DNA of 28,493 nucleotides from an uncultured bacterium (GTDB lineage: Bacteria; Schekmanbacteria; GWA2-38-11; J061), in contig CAZJVM010000019.1 in NCBI GenBank assembly GCA_964549305.1, positions 1 to 28,493 on the forward strand, written 5' to 3'. Below the pieces are notes generated by a model. The model was not told the DNA's origin. It saw nothing but the letters and a program-made list of their open reading frames with translations, and ran no database searches. The translations under genes and the position numbers were made by a program. Below are positions 27,845 through 28,493 of the stretch, piece after piece (position 1 is the first letter of the stretch; each line of letters starts with the position of its first letter).

Positions 27845-28492
27845 ATGAAACCCGAAGGATCAAAAGGCGAAATCATTATCTATAAACCGCAAAAGGGAGA
27901 AGGCCATATCGAAGTACATCTTGAAGATGAAACCGTATGGTTGACACAGGCACAGATGGTAAAACTGTTTCAAAAAACAAAGCAAAATATAAGTCTTCAT
28001 ATTCGCAATATATTCAAAGAAGGTGAATTAAATAAGAAATCAGTTGTCAAGGATTCCTTGACAACTGCCAAAGATGGAAAAAGATATAAAACACAATATT
28101 ACAACCTGGATGTTATTATTTCCGTAGGTTATCGTGTCAGGTCAAAACGGGGCACCCAATTTCGTATCTGGGCAACTACCGTGTTAAAAGACAACCTTAT
28201 CAATGGGTATTCCATCAACGAGAAGCGGCTAAAAGAACAAAACATCCGGTTGCAGGATCTTCAAAAAACCGTGAACCTGATGGGACGCCTTCTCGATGTC
28301 AAGGAATTGGATCAAAACGAAACGGCTGGACTGTTTAAAGTAATAACCGATTACTCATATGCTCTTACTGTTCTTGACCGCTATGACCGGTCAAAGCTTA
28401 AAATTCAAAAAACTACCTGCAAAAAAGAATTTGTTCTGACATATGAAAAAGCATGTTCGGTAATTTCACTACTCGGCAAAGAACTCAAAAAT
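27845..28492 (+). CDS. RhuM-family protein, probably a RhuM-Fic/Doc fusion; truncated at the window end and absent from the ORF track
   Basis: Manual translation: MKPEGSKGEIIIY...ETVWLTQAQMVKLFQKTKQNISLHIRNIFKEGEL...YNLDVIISVGYRVRSKRGTQFRIWAT...DYSYALTVLDRYD. AGGA RBS upstream and no stop before the window end. Confidence 0.85.
   Translation, partial: MKPEGSKGEIIIYKPQKGEGHIEVHLEDETVWLTQAQMVKLFQKTKQNISLHIRNIFKEGELNKKSVVKDSLTTAKDGKRYKTQYYNLDVIISVGYRVRSKRGTQFRIWATTVLKDNLINGYSINEKRLKEQNIRLQDLQKTVNLMGRLLDVKELDQNETAGLFKVITDYSYALTVLDRYDRSKLKIQKTTCKKEFVLTYEKACSVISLLGKELKN
28041..28067. repeat. Perfect 13-1-13 palindrome inside the RhuM CDS
   Basis: CAGTTGTCAAGGA-T-TCCTTGACAACTG, encoding SVVKDSLTT(A). 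Confidence 0.97.
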
Positions 28493-28493
28493 C

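Overview
Bacterial chromosomal segment, AT-rich in the intergenic regions. It is probably near the replication origin, because parA-parB is preceded by two perfect parS palindromes. Gene order: a UbiD-family decarboxylase with an apparent N-terminal export signal (possibly truncated at the window edge), SAM methyltransferase, futalosine-pathway menaquinone genes (MqnL-type UbiD decarboxylase and mqnA), ndk, MFS transporter, GT-C glycosyltransferase, stand-alone response regulator, K+-dependent (probably Na+-pumping) membrane pyrophosphatase, C-GCAxxG-C-C protein, feoB plus a DtxR/FeoA fusion, comM/yifB, ORF6N-PLD-like protein, DUF523/DUF1722 protein, Zn-ADH, a catalytically rewired HemE-like protein, parS-parS-parA-parB, a peptidoglycan-recycling trio (LD-carboxypeptidase, serine hydrolase, mpl), recX, a helical-repeat protein, and a truncated RhuM(-Fic) gene missing from the ORF track. 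No rRNA, tRNA, CRISPR array or transposase was seen. The most striking unexplained signal is that two unrelated accessory genes (ORF6N and RhuM) each carry a long perfect DNA palindrome (14-1-14 and 13-1-13) inside the coding sequence of their N-terminal domain. All calls are from motif recognition by eye; no searches were run.
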